Source: Styela clava (taxonomy: Eukaryota). From it: a stretch of 64,000 nt of DNA. Positions 23,801 to 34,228 of the stretch are shown piece by piece. The notes under the pieces were generated by a model, which worked only from the letters and a program-made list of their open reading frames with translations, was not told the DNA's origin and did not search any database. The position numbers were made by a program, and so were the translations under genes. Position 1 is the stretch's first letter. Every line of letters starts with the position of its first letter. The stretch lies in assembly GCF_964204865.1 (NCBI RefSeq), contig NC_135251.1, positions 17,484,001 through 17,548,000 of the forward strand, read 5' to 3'.

Positions 23801-25499
23801 CTAATAATGTCACAGATTAACATGAAAATGAGATTTTGCTGTCTACTAATTTATACGGGATTTTTCTATCCAAGAAACAAGTATTTGAAGTCATACATGG
23901 ATGATCACATATGAAAGGCAATTCATTCACATGACATTTATTCTCATAATTTAGTACGAAGTTGTGTATATTATGCTCTGATTAATAAATCTCGCCTGGT
24001 ATTACGTTATCTTGCGGACTTGTCTGACACTTTTGATATAAAAAATTCTTTTATTGTGAATTTCGGTATCAGATTTTGATATTGGAAGCATCGTCCATCT
24101 TGGCAATTATGGTGGGTAGTATCTTCAATATTTAATTTAAAAATCTCAAATAAAAAATACGTGGATTTAGACTTGTCAATTTTATTCAACTACCATTAGA
24201 ATACAAATTTACAATTTTTACGACAGACTCGTGAGTTGTTTAATGGACGTTTAATTGCAGAAAATGTTGTGTAAAATCTTTGCTTTAATAAAATCTGCCT
24301 TATTGTGTAAATTCTGCTTTTTATATGACAGATAAATTTTCAGTGAACAATTTTCAGTCATGGCAAGATATTATATCGGAATCAACCGAATATTTTCTTC
24401 ATAAACATTTCAAAATTCAAAAGAAGTTTGGGTGAATATGTTGTTGATTTCTCTTTATTTCTGTAATCTGTAATTTTTCATGAACCGCCGAAAAATCGGT
24501 TTCATATACGAAAGTACCATATGCGTGAAAAGATTTCAAATTGTTAGTTTCTCCTTTTTTGTTTCCGTTTCGATGTTTCACCTACTCTATTTATATGGAA
24601 GCGTTCCCCCTTCTCATCGTGCACAAAAAATTCTTACAATTTCAAACGGTATTGATTCCGTGCATACCTTTTTTGCCTGGAATAAATTACCCATGTTATT
24701 ATGAATTACCGTAATTTCTAATATCCGAACCTTTGATTTCACAATTTTTGTTTGTCAACAATTCGATGAACCTTATCATTTGCTTTTGTGTCATTTGGTA
24801 ATCACTTCCTGGTGTTTGTTGTATCACATACATGATTTAAGACATCGAATAATTGAATAACTTCTCATTCCAGGTTACAAAATAATTTTTTATTTTTTCA
24901 CTAACATTTTTCTAGATATTATAGTGTCGACAGCGTTTGCATTCCAAAATTTTTCGTAACCAAAGATGATCGGGCTTGGCCTTTTTCTTTCTTTGTTAAC
25001 CTTTTCAACTTTTGTGCGTTCGTCTTCGTTGCATCATCTTACGTTGCAATTTATATCAAATCAAGAGAAGGGTCAAAGTTCAGAAGAACTGCATCACGTG
25101 CAGAGAAAGACGATGGAAATAGATGTATGCTTTCAGGTTTCTTTTCATTTGGTTGTTCATATCAAACCTTCTTATTGATTTTTTTACTATTTTTTAGCCT
25201 TGCAACGAAAAATTCTCCGGCTCATCATAACTGACTTCTGTTGTTGGATACCAATCTGTATCCTGGCCTTCTGTAAACTAGGAGGAGCAAATGTTTCAAA
25301 TACTGCATATGTCGTGGCAGCAATAGTGCTTCTACCGATTAACAGTGCACTGAATCCAGTTCTGTATTCAGACCTGCCAGATGCTTTATATAAAAAACTA
25401 AGCGAAAAATTCCATGGAATTGTGAACTTGCCAAGTTCTCGTTCTACCATGTCGACCGCGGTGAATGGACGAACAGACATAGAAGAAAGCGAATTGTAA
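11882..25499 (+). CDS. Multi-LDLa, LRR-less RXFP/LGR-like GPCR, copy B (19 exons, ~982 aa, signal peptide)
   Basis: Exons 11882-11963, 12146-12278, 12892-13021, 13841-14061, 17158-17344, 17557-17618, 18366-18482, 18571-18633, 19135-19414, 19658-19783 (GC donor), 20394-20492, 21976-22104, 22640-22804, 22986-23144, 23247-23387, 23503-23746, 24332-24431, 24916-25124, 25198-25499. Sum is 2949 nt, open frame. Signal-like MKSTFIWIITHYILTVKFTAFA, about 8-9 LDLa-like modules, hinge and 7TM with NPVLY. Confidence 0.88.
13209..13660. mobile_element. Solo LTR (Gypsy-like) in gene B intron 3
   Basis: 452-bp insertion beginning TG and ending CA, flanked by 4-bp TSD AGAC. Single AGAC empty site in paralog C at ~35565. 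Confidence 0.65.
16845..17045 (+). mobile_element. Degenerate tRNA-derived SINE
   Basis: A-box-like GGCCTAGTGGTCAA and B-box-like GGGTTCAATTACC. Segment absent from the paralogous intron of C. Boundaries approximate. Confidence 0.4.
18730..18915 (+). mobile_element. SINE-like repeat remnant (paralogous copy at ~40760-40960)
   Basis: GC-richer intronic block with a degenerate B box (AGGTCCGAGTTC; AGGTTCAAGTTC in C) and a CTTTCCTCTTCCCTGGGATAAAT-type 3' end. Shared by both duplicates. Confidence 0.35.
20615..21466. mobile_element. hAT-type MITE in gene B intron 11
   Basis: TIRs CAGGGGTGTGCAA / TTGCACACCCCTG, repeated GCGGGCCGCA subterminal motifs, 8-bp TSD GTTCAGAT / GTTTAGAT. Empty site in C at ~42990. 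Confidence 0.88.
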
Positions 25500-27151
25500 A
25501 ATCACTGCTGGTGTTATCTATAATGGATTCAAAACGCAGACATGAAAGCCAGTGCATGAAAAGCAACGTTTATTGTTAGGCAACTGATTTTGCCATAGAT
25601 ATTTTTATTCAGATGATATTATTTTGCACGTTATTGCTTTTTTTCTTACAAACTTGAACCACGGATTTCTCGTGGATCCTGTATCTTCACTTGATAGCAT
25701 ATACATCTACCTCTACTTTTAATAATTAATTCTCTGCTAATCTCTGAGACCAACAACCGAATGGTCTTATTCGGCAAAACATTGTTACCTCAAAACATTG
25801 ACGATTCACTATATTACACGGTGTGAAAAATTTGATTGGCAAGTGAGGATCAATATGATTGGGGGTATCGTATCTGCTATGAATTAAAAAAGTTAGGCAA
25901 GTAGTTGAGCAGAAAATGGAAATGTTGTGCAGAATTTGGTACGAGGTAAATCGCAGGCGATACATAAGATATTCTAACAAATCTTAATAGTAACAAGTTC
26001 TCTCAAAACAAAGATTTGGTTTTACTTATTCAAGTTCACGCATGCCTTCAGCCAAAGTCACCAAATCAATAAACAATAAATTTTTGAGCACTCATTGAGA
26101 AACATTCTGAATTTTCGTTTTTATAGAATCCATCCTCTAGGACTGGTTTTCTCGTTCACGACGACAGCATACTGGTAAACTTAACTTTTCCCTGTTGCCA
26201 GGTCATATTTGAAATGATATATTTCCTCCTATTCCGCGTAATGCTCGACCATATGTACCGTTCTTGATCGAATCACAAGACAACTAGAACAGTATTATAC
26301 ATTAGAGTTAGACGATAGAAAAAAAATTGAGTGGTGTAGTCTTCACGCAGTGATACGAATTTTCAAAGGCAAAATAAAAATATTTTGCAACTTCTTTATA
26401 TCCTACCGTGGTTATGATTTGAATTTTTCTTTATTCTTTAGAAATTTCAATATCCTACTAAATTAATTGAATCCCAATTTCCTAAGTTTTTTTGATAATC
26501 TCATTCCTATCATAAACTATGGAACAGCGATGTCTAGTCCGCGGGAGGATTTGCTAGCGAATCTCATATACCTTATAATGAAATTTAAGAGTAAATCTAA
26601 GCCTGCAAAGCTAAGGTAAATGCAAAACCTTTCTTGTATTTGTATCTTCGCGACGCACTATCACACAAAAATCCCGCAATCGAAGCATATTATGAGCTTG
26701 ATGGCACACAAACAAAGGTTCTGTTAGGCATACGTCTAGAGAACAACAAGGAGAGACGCAATTCGACAATTACAAAAAAATTACGGAAACGTATTTTTTA
26801 TTCAAGTTAACGACATGGCCGTTTGTTTTTAATACTTCATAAATCTCTATTGGCCTTCAAGTGTTAGATATTTGAAAAAAATTTTGAGTTCACGCGCAAT
26901 AAATTTACGGGAAAAAGGCGCCGGCAAGCGAAAAGTTTATTTACTATCGCTAAAAAGCGTTTTGAAGGAGCACCAAAATGCTTTACTTAGTCCTACCTAT
27001 TACAAATATCGAGGACTAACTGCTAGTTTGAATCTTTTTTTTTTCTTCTAAAAATAGTCATATAACACTGACCAATTACGAAGGACAGCATCAAAGGTTC
27101 CAGTCGATAATAAACAAGAGAGCAATGCTGAAATGTATGGACACGCAATTC

Positions 27152-27261
27152 GGACCTCCTGAAGTATGCGCACCAAGATGGCGCACAACCTGAACTCAGG
27201 TTGTGTACCAGGTTAGGGTTCAGGTTATGCGACATCCTGGTGCGCATACTTCAGGAGCACC
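27152..27261. mobile_element. Palindromic 110-bp MITE (GG...CC ends, 8-bp TSD; Merlin-like)
   Basis: Perfect 20-bp inverted arms CTCCTGAAGTATGCGCACCA extending imperfectly to ~40 bp. TSD CGCAATTC at 27144-27151 and 27262-27269. Superfamily is an inference from terminus and TSD length. Confidence 0.7.
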
Positions 27262-27775
27262 CGCAATTCTATAAAATTCATATGCGGTAACTTACCAGTA
27301 TCTGTATCGGTGTACCGTGACGATACAGGAACTGTCGTAGCTTTTTTAGGTTCTGTGACGATGATCAGTTCCTCATAATTCATTTTCAACATCAATTGAA
27401 ACATTACGTGATCCGAGTAACTTCTGTATTAACATATCAGGTACAGCAATCAACCATTTTCAATTTTGCCTTGTAAACTGTGTGAACACCATTATGTTGA
27501 AGTAAAAATGTTCGACAACGCGATGTCGTAGCCGGAGTCTATTTTTTTTCAATCTGAATCTGGAGTAAAGACGTTGGTCAACTAGTAATCGGCTACTTTT
27601 TAAAGAATTGGAAATCAGGAGTGTGAGATGTAACTTCATTCAAACTTTCTCTTTCGCTGTTAACGTTTTCAACTTTTTTGCTTTCGTGTTTGTTGCATTC
27701 TCCTACGTCGCAATTTATATCAAATCAAGCGAAAAAAAAAGTTTATGAAAACCTTCATTGTCTAATGATATAGAC

Positions 27776-28683
27776 CAGGGCTACAGAACTATTTTTATCG
27801 ATGGCCCGCAAACAAAACTTCAAAATTATTTGGGTCCGGTCTTTCCAGAAATGATATTTCGGCATCCTTAAACGAGCACTTCTTCGACCGACTAATGATT
27901 AGTAGCAAATTAAAAGTGTTTATTATGGTGGTATAGTTTTTTTTGTATACATTCAAAACTATGAAAGTCATTTTATAATAGGAAATTCAAAAAGTGGGGC
28001 TAATGATCTAAAATAAATAATTAGGTGCGGTCCAAATCCAATATATCGACACCTCAAAACCAAACAGTGCTAAGTCCACTTTTCCAAACAATGACATTTT
28101 TCAATTGCTGATTTTCCTGGACTTAGCTTTACATTTTGGTCTATTTGCCTTATCTCTAGGTGCTCTAGATCTCAAGACAGCTATGGACTAAACCCTGCTT
28201 TTTTTAGGGCATTTGAGAACTAAACAGAGCTGTGTCTACTATAGTGGACTTAGCTCTGGATAACTGCATTGTAAGTTGGGGCTAAGTCCGTTTTTTGGAC
28301 ATAGCTCCTCTCAAAAAATATAATACAAAGCGCTAATTCCATACCAGCCTCTATAATAACATAATAAGGGGGCCCTAAGTCCAATAAAATTGTTTCTGGT
28401 CCAGAAAATTGAGAGCCAAAAACCCCCCCAAATAAAAATTTGGGCGGAGCTCAAATTTTTTTAAACCATCTAAATATGGCCTTTATTGTAACTTTGGTGG
28501 ACCATAAAAACTAGACATCCTCGATGTAAGGTATTAGAGAAATAAAAAAAAGAAACAAAAAAAAAACGTTTTTTGCGTTTTTCTCAAAACTAGAAAAATG
28601 GACTTAGCCCAATTTGGATTTCATGCGTCGATATACTCGAAAGGTCCGGATTCGGACCGCGGTCCGCCAGTTGAGTAGCCCTG
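27776..28683. mobile_element. hAT-type MITE inserted in the pseudo-exon
   Basis: TIRs CAGGGCTACAGAACT / AGTTGAGTAGCCCTG. Perfect 8-bp TSD ATATAGAC. Absent from gene A. Confidence 0.88.
28042..28635. mobile_element. Nested TIR element within the hAT MITE
   Basis: ~37-bp imperfect inverted repeats TATATCGACACCTCAAAACCAAACAGTGCTAAGTCCA / TGGACTTAGCCCAATTTGGATTTCATGCGTCGATATA, with many internal GGACTTAGC/GCTAAGTCC motifs. Confidence 0.6.
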
Positions 28684-31452
28684 ATATAGACGATGGAAAT
28701 AGAAGTAAGAGAAATTTCAAATTTTTTTTCGTTCTTCATATTTTTAGAGTGTTCTAGCTTTTTTTTTAATAAATTTTTTCATTGTCGAATATTTTCAGCA
28801 ATGCAGCGCAAGATTCTCCGACTCATCCTTACTGACTTCTGTTGTTGGATACCGATCTGTATCCTGGCCTTCTGTAAACTAGGAGGAGCAAATGTTTCAA
28901 ATACTGCATATGTCGTCGCAGCAATCGTGCTTCTACCGATTAACAGTGCACTGAATCCAGTTCTGTATTCAGACCTGCCAGATGCTTTATATAAGAAAGT
29001 GACCACTGGATTCAATGAAATCACAAGGTTGACAAGTTTTTTTTACACCGCGTCGACCAGTATAAACGTGAGAACAAATGGTGAAGAAAGTACGTTGTAA
29101 GGAAGGATGCTGACTGGCTAAAGGAACAATCTAAAAAAAAAAGTTAAGAAAAAAATCTATCTCATGACGAAATGGCGGAGAGTACTATTTGTTCTACATG
29201 TAGTGTTATAAAAAAGTAATATCGTTCAAATTAATTGTACAAAATTCATAAATGTAAATTATATAATTTTTTTGTATCAAGAAAATCTAGCTCCCAGACT
29301 GCAAATGTGTTGATGATCTGGTATTTCACTCAGGAGTCCGTAGTTTGTAATTAACGAACGTATACGTACGAAACGTATACAGACTCTATACATTACCCGA
29401 GGAACATTGAAATCAAACTAGCGGGCGCCATTGGGCCGATGCAGTCAAGCATCGCCAGATTCAGAATTGTCAGATTGAGAAACAATTTTTAGTGATTAAA
29501 TATTAATACCTGGATGCAACTATTCCCTGCATATCTATATATTTTAAATTTGATTGAAAAGAAGATGATGATATGTTTGTTTACATGCTATAGAGCGAAG
29601 GAATTACTCCCGGAAACACTTTGGAATGCTCTACCCAGCATGCCAACATCATAATATTTACGAGTACAGTTTCATTTCTAATGAGAGAATGTGCATAATT
29701 CTTCAAGGTGGTGCGATTTGCGCATGAAAATTACAATTCTAGATTCCTACTATGTTGCTTTATCGGATAAATGTGCAGTTATTCAACAAATTTTTCAGAT
29801 ATTAAGAACAGGATCATCCAAATCCACGGACAAATAGCCATGTATAGGTAATTTTACTGTGTGGCCCAGTCATTTTTAAGTGAATAACAAGATGTGAGAA
29901 ATTGTGGTTACTCGCGAGGCACATCGTGATCACAAAAATTAGCTGAGGTCACACTTTTTGATGAAATCATTGATATAGGTTATATATAATTAAATTTCAT
30001 TTTTAATTCGGTATATATAACTAACAGCCAACAGTTTATTTAAATTGAAATGCAAGCACATTCAATTTTCAAAATCTATCCATGAGAAAATGCACTCTAT
30101 TACTTTGACAATTTTCGAGTCATTGAGTTTGAAATCAGGAGATCTATTTTTTGTTGAGAATCTCATCAAAGGCAGCAAACGTATGGAGAGGAACATCTAT
30201 ATTTGATTTTGTTGACCTTTATATATAATATATTCATACATGAAAATTATTCTAGTAGAGGGGACCTTTTAAGTAAACCAATGTCTTCTCGTAGAACATA
30301 ATTTTTCTTTTCCGCATTTAAATTGCCAGAAGTATATCTTACAAATAATGTTTTTAGGTAACAAAACTCTATGCAGAATAGTACGAATCGGAATTTTATC
30401 GCATTTTATTGGCTTGTGGCTTCCGCTGGCACTGCACGTTCCGCTGTTTGCCGCCCTAAACATTAACTAATGTAGTCTAACCCAAGTGAGTTTTGTTCTT
30501 ATATCAGTAGCTCTAGAAGGGCATCATATATATTGCGTTGAATACCGTTTTTATTATGACATCATTACTTGCTGTTTTGAAACTTACGGAATGTATCAGC
30601 TCGTTTATAACATCAACAAACATCATTTCAACTATAATGAATAATTAAATTTCTATGGGAATTAATTGAAAGTAATTCATTCATTTATTTCCTTTTTTAT
30701 TGATTTTGACAATAAAAAAGATTGAATTGGTGGCATCTCATATAACAACATACTGATTCGTACATACTGGAGGTAGAAAGGTTGTTTTTGCCAATGAAGC
30801 TACGTTTGATGAATGCTTCCAAGATGTAGATTGCAGAAGGTTGTTTGTTGTTAAAACTTAAGACCATGAAGGACCTGGTATTTAGCGTAGAAAAAGTTGT
30901 TGAAAGTATGGTCGGATTTTTTGAATAGAATAAAGATTAAATTGAGATTTATTGGAAATTATTTAAAGATATCTTTATTGTATATATATATATATAACAT
31001 TTCGGGACGTCTTCAAATATATTGAATTGAAGCGATATTGAATTTCTTTCGATAGCGATATTGAAGTTATTTGAAATATCATGAAATGTCATGGTTAATG
31101 AGTTTGGTTCTAAGAATTTCTCAGTAGGAAGTCAAGCACTCAATGCACGTCAGTGCATATCACCGACATATATATCGGTGTTTGTGACACCGATCAAAAC
31201 TGTTTTTATATAAAAATTTCCGAAACATCGAAGTTCAGTTTCATGACAACTAATATGAAAACGTCTGGAAAATGAATTTCGTTCCGCTCTGCTATCATTT
31301 ATTGTGCTCCTTTGTTGTTTTGTTAGCAATTAAATGAAAGAAATTTTCAAAACGTCTTTCTGATAAACTTCATATCAAATTTTCACGGCTTATGACTATA
31401 GAAGTGGCCATTGATACTCAAAAAGATGTAGTGAAGATCGAGTGCAATAGAC

Positions 31453-31760
31453 CAGGGCTACTCAACTATTTTAACCAAAGGTCCGTTTAGAAAACTTCAA
31501 AATTACTGGGATCCGGACAATACAGAATATTTTTTCATTAAATAAACGAAACGTCAAATGATGGCTCGCAAATATAGACACAAATGTCGCATATTGGTAC
31601 CAGTACGACAAACTGTATAGATGTGTATTTAAATTGTATCAAAATCATCTGAAAGTTCCTAACGATGCTTATGCTGCCAAAACAAACAAGCAGACGCCGT
31701 CCAAATTAAATGGTCGAAAGGTCCGGATTCGGACCGCGGTCCGCCAGTTGAGTAGTCCTG
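31453..31760. mobile_element. hAT-type MITE, same family as 27776-28683
   Basis: TIRs CAGGGCTACTCAACT / AGTTGAGTAGTCCTG. Shared 3' end GAAAGGTCCGGATTCGGACCGCGGTCCGCC. TSD CAATAGAC / GAATAGAC. Confidence 0.85.
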
Positions 31761-34228
31761 GAATAGACTATAGTCTGTACATTACTCTAACAAGTAAATT
31801 TCTAAGGGTTTCATAGTTTGATCGTTGGTAAAAAGTACCAAATCAAGTGTCAGTTATACTGTATATTAACTGTTGTTAGTATACACCAATTTAAAATTGG
31901 CAATTTTATTCGACACGTATATAAATTATGTCTTCAACAACGCGTATTAAAATGTGATAGTGTCTTTCGTATAGATCATTTACATAAAGTTAACCAAATT
32001 TTTTTTTAATTACTCTGACATGACAATGTACCATGTACTGTTGTCAGATTAACCTATACCAGCATATTGATTCCATATGACGTCAAATTCTAAACTATAT
32101 TCTAAATTTAAACTGAATTTTAAATTTCATATAGTTTCATAGCCAACGGCGTCTTATTCTGTAACAGAAGTCCGGCTTTAATTTCAATGAATGTGTCGGT
32201 ATGGATTATATTCTATTCGGCTGTGCGTAAGAATTATGTAGATTTAGACTGGACACAGAGGAAAATAAGCTTTATGGGCGGAAAATATAAAATATTTGGC
32301 TACTTTAATTGTATTTTAAAGTTATATTTATCACACGTCTGAATGTATGTTTTACGTCTCCAATCGGCGCACGACCAGTGTTACAAATGTAAATTACATA
32401 TTAGAGAGGTAAATGCTCAAGAAGTATGCAGTTTTATACCGTTCAATAATATATATAGAATACATTTAAATAAAGAAACGAATTTGTCGATTGAAGTGAT
32501 ATTTTATAGATACGTATGAGTATGCTATTGCATTAGATATGCACGTCTTTCGCAACATATCCTGCTAAGTGTCTTTTTCTGTCATCGAAAGGAGTTAGAA
32601 TTAGGCTTGCCATAAACCTGAAGCGAAAAAAAAACACGACAGTGCTGATTGGACAGACCAATCTTGGGTCGATTCCGAGGCTTAGTAATAGTTTAAATGT
32701 TTTCCGTGCCATTGTAGATAACTTACGAGTTACGAGCTTCAAAATAGGCCGTAAATCGTATTAAAATATTAGAAATTTTATCTTCAACTTCTTGGAAAAC
32801 TTGCACTTTGTTTGCGCCTACGATTCACTCCTCACCGCAATTGTTTGCAGCCCCTGGGACACATTCTTGCGGTACACTGATCGCATGTTGTCAACCATAT
32901 CGTTATGTAAAAAGTTAACACAATAATATATACATTGCAAATACAGTGAGTGACGCTGTGATATGTGCATTTCTGTCAATGACGAATCAATGTCCAAGGC
33001 TACGGTCCCTATGGGAAAATCAGATGATTCAGTTAAGCATTGGTCACTTTCAAAAACACGCGGTTGAATGCGTGGAATTTTAGAGAATTTAACAAATACG
33101 TTCTTTTATCAAGACAGGAAATTGTAACTGTTTGATAATCACAAGTTTAATGGGATGTTAATGATAAAAACCGTTTTAACACTTGTCAACACAAAGATAC
33201 GCGTTTCCTGTTGCTCACAATTCTTTTCCTGATTGAGCATCAGTCGACGCTTGTGATAGATGACCTTTGTATTGATGCATCGCGGAAGCGTTTGCATGAT
33301 TTACAATACGCTATTTTTCCAACTCCGCAGTAGATTATTCGTGTTTCGAGGGGAAAAAATGTGAGCAACTTATTTCAAGAAATACAGAAGATTAGACACA
33401 ATTTTGGGTATTCGCGGTTCGTCACACTTGCTGGAAACCAATAGTTTGGTAAAACGATAATATCCTGCTGGATTAAAGCTGAATTTGATCTAGCAGAATT
33501 AGGTTTTTGAAAGCGCCATCAAGCATTTATTATAGATGAGCGTATACGGAAACTGTATCGTTTTTGTTATTCTATAGTTTTACAAATACAATTACCTGAA
33601 AAGCACTGATCAGTGATAAAGATTTTGCAATAACAATTTCTGTGTACTAACAGACAGGCAGACACAGTGCAACTGTGTTATCAAACGAGTTGGTATACGG
33701 AAAAAAATTTAGAGTGGGCCTAAAAACGTTCTGAGATGTTTTATTTGAAGTTACAAAAAATAAAGTGGTAGGAATAATTTATTCGATTGTTATTTTCGTT
33801 CTCATATGACACAGTTTTCGTGCGACTCAAGTGCATTAGACTTATTCCAATTATCATACAAGTATTATGAACTGAAAATATTGTTTATCTATATTATTTA
33901 AAGCAGTTTTGATGACAATCATGCAGTGTCATCATGCAATATTAATAACGTGCAGTCAACACCTTACAGCTTTTGGTTGATTATTTTGGATATTTGAGAA
34001 GAAAATTGTTACTTGAAACCAACAAAATATAGGACTCCGTTTCGTAGTACCAATATTCCAAATGGACAAACAAAATATAATATTTCTCGATTATTGGTCA
34101 CAAGTTTTAAAAAAATTATATTCGCCTATTCATTTACAGGAAATGGTAGCAAATACAGGAAAGTACTCAGGATTAGGGTAACTTCATGCACATCTCAAAA
34201 ATTGTGGGAAATAATATCTAAAACAAAA

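Larger units (their letters stand above)
5722..27464 (+). repeat. Tandem segmental duplication, unit 1 (~21.7 kb): 3' end of A, spacer, gene B, 3' flank
   Basis: Colinear with 27465-49118 through exons, introns and intergenic DNA. Confidence 0.9.
27645..29100 (+). pseudogene. Orphan 3' fragment (TM5-TM7 exons) of GPCR gene A
   Basis: TM5 exon has lost its acceptor and 5' part (deletion equivalent to ~5905-6188), carries CGA>TGA (~27745) and is split by a hAT insertion. Last exon 28799-29100 is intact with the A-type tail ...RTNGEESTL. Confidence 0.88.

Noticed and set aside
25640-27130. Minus-strand ORF 25726-25980 and exon-like pieces in the 3' flank
   Set aside because: No recognisable product. 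The stop position differs in the paralog (47401), and near-identity of the copies gives no evidence of selection.
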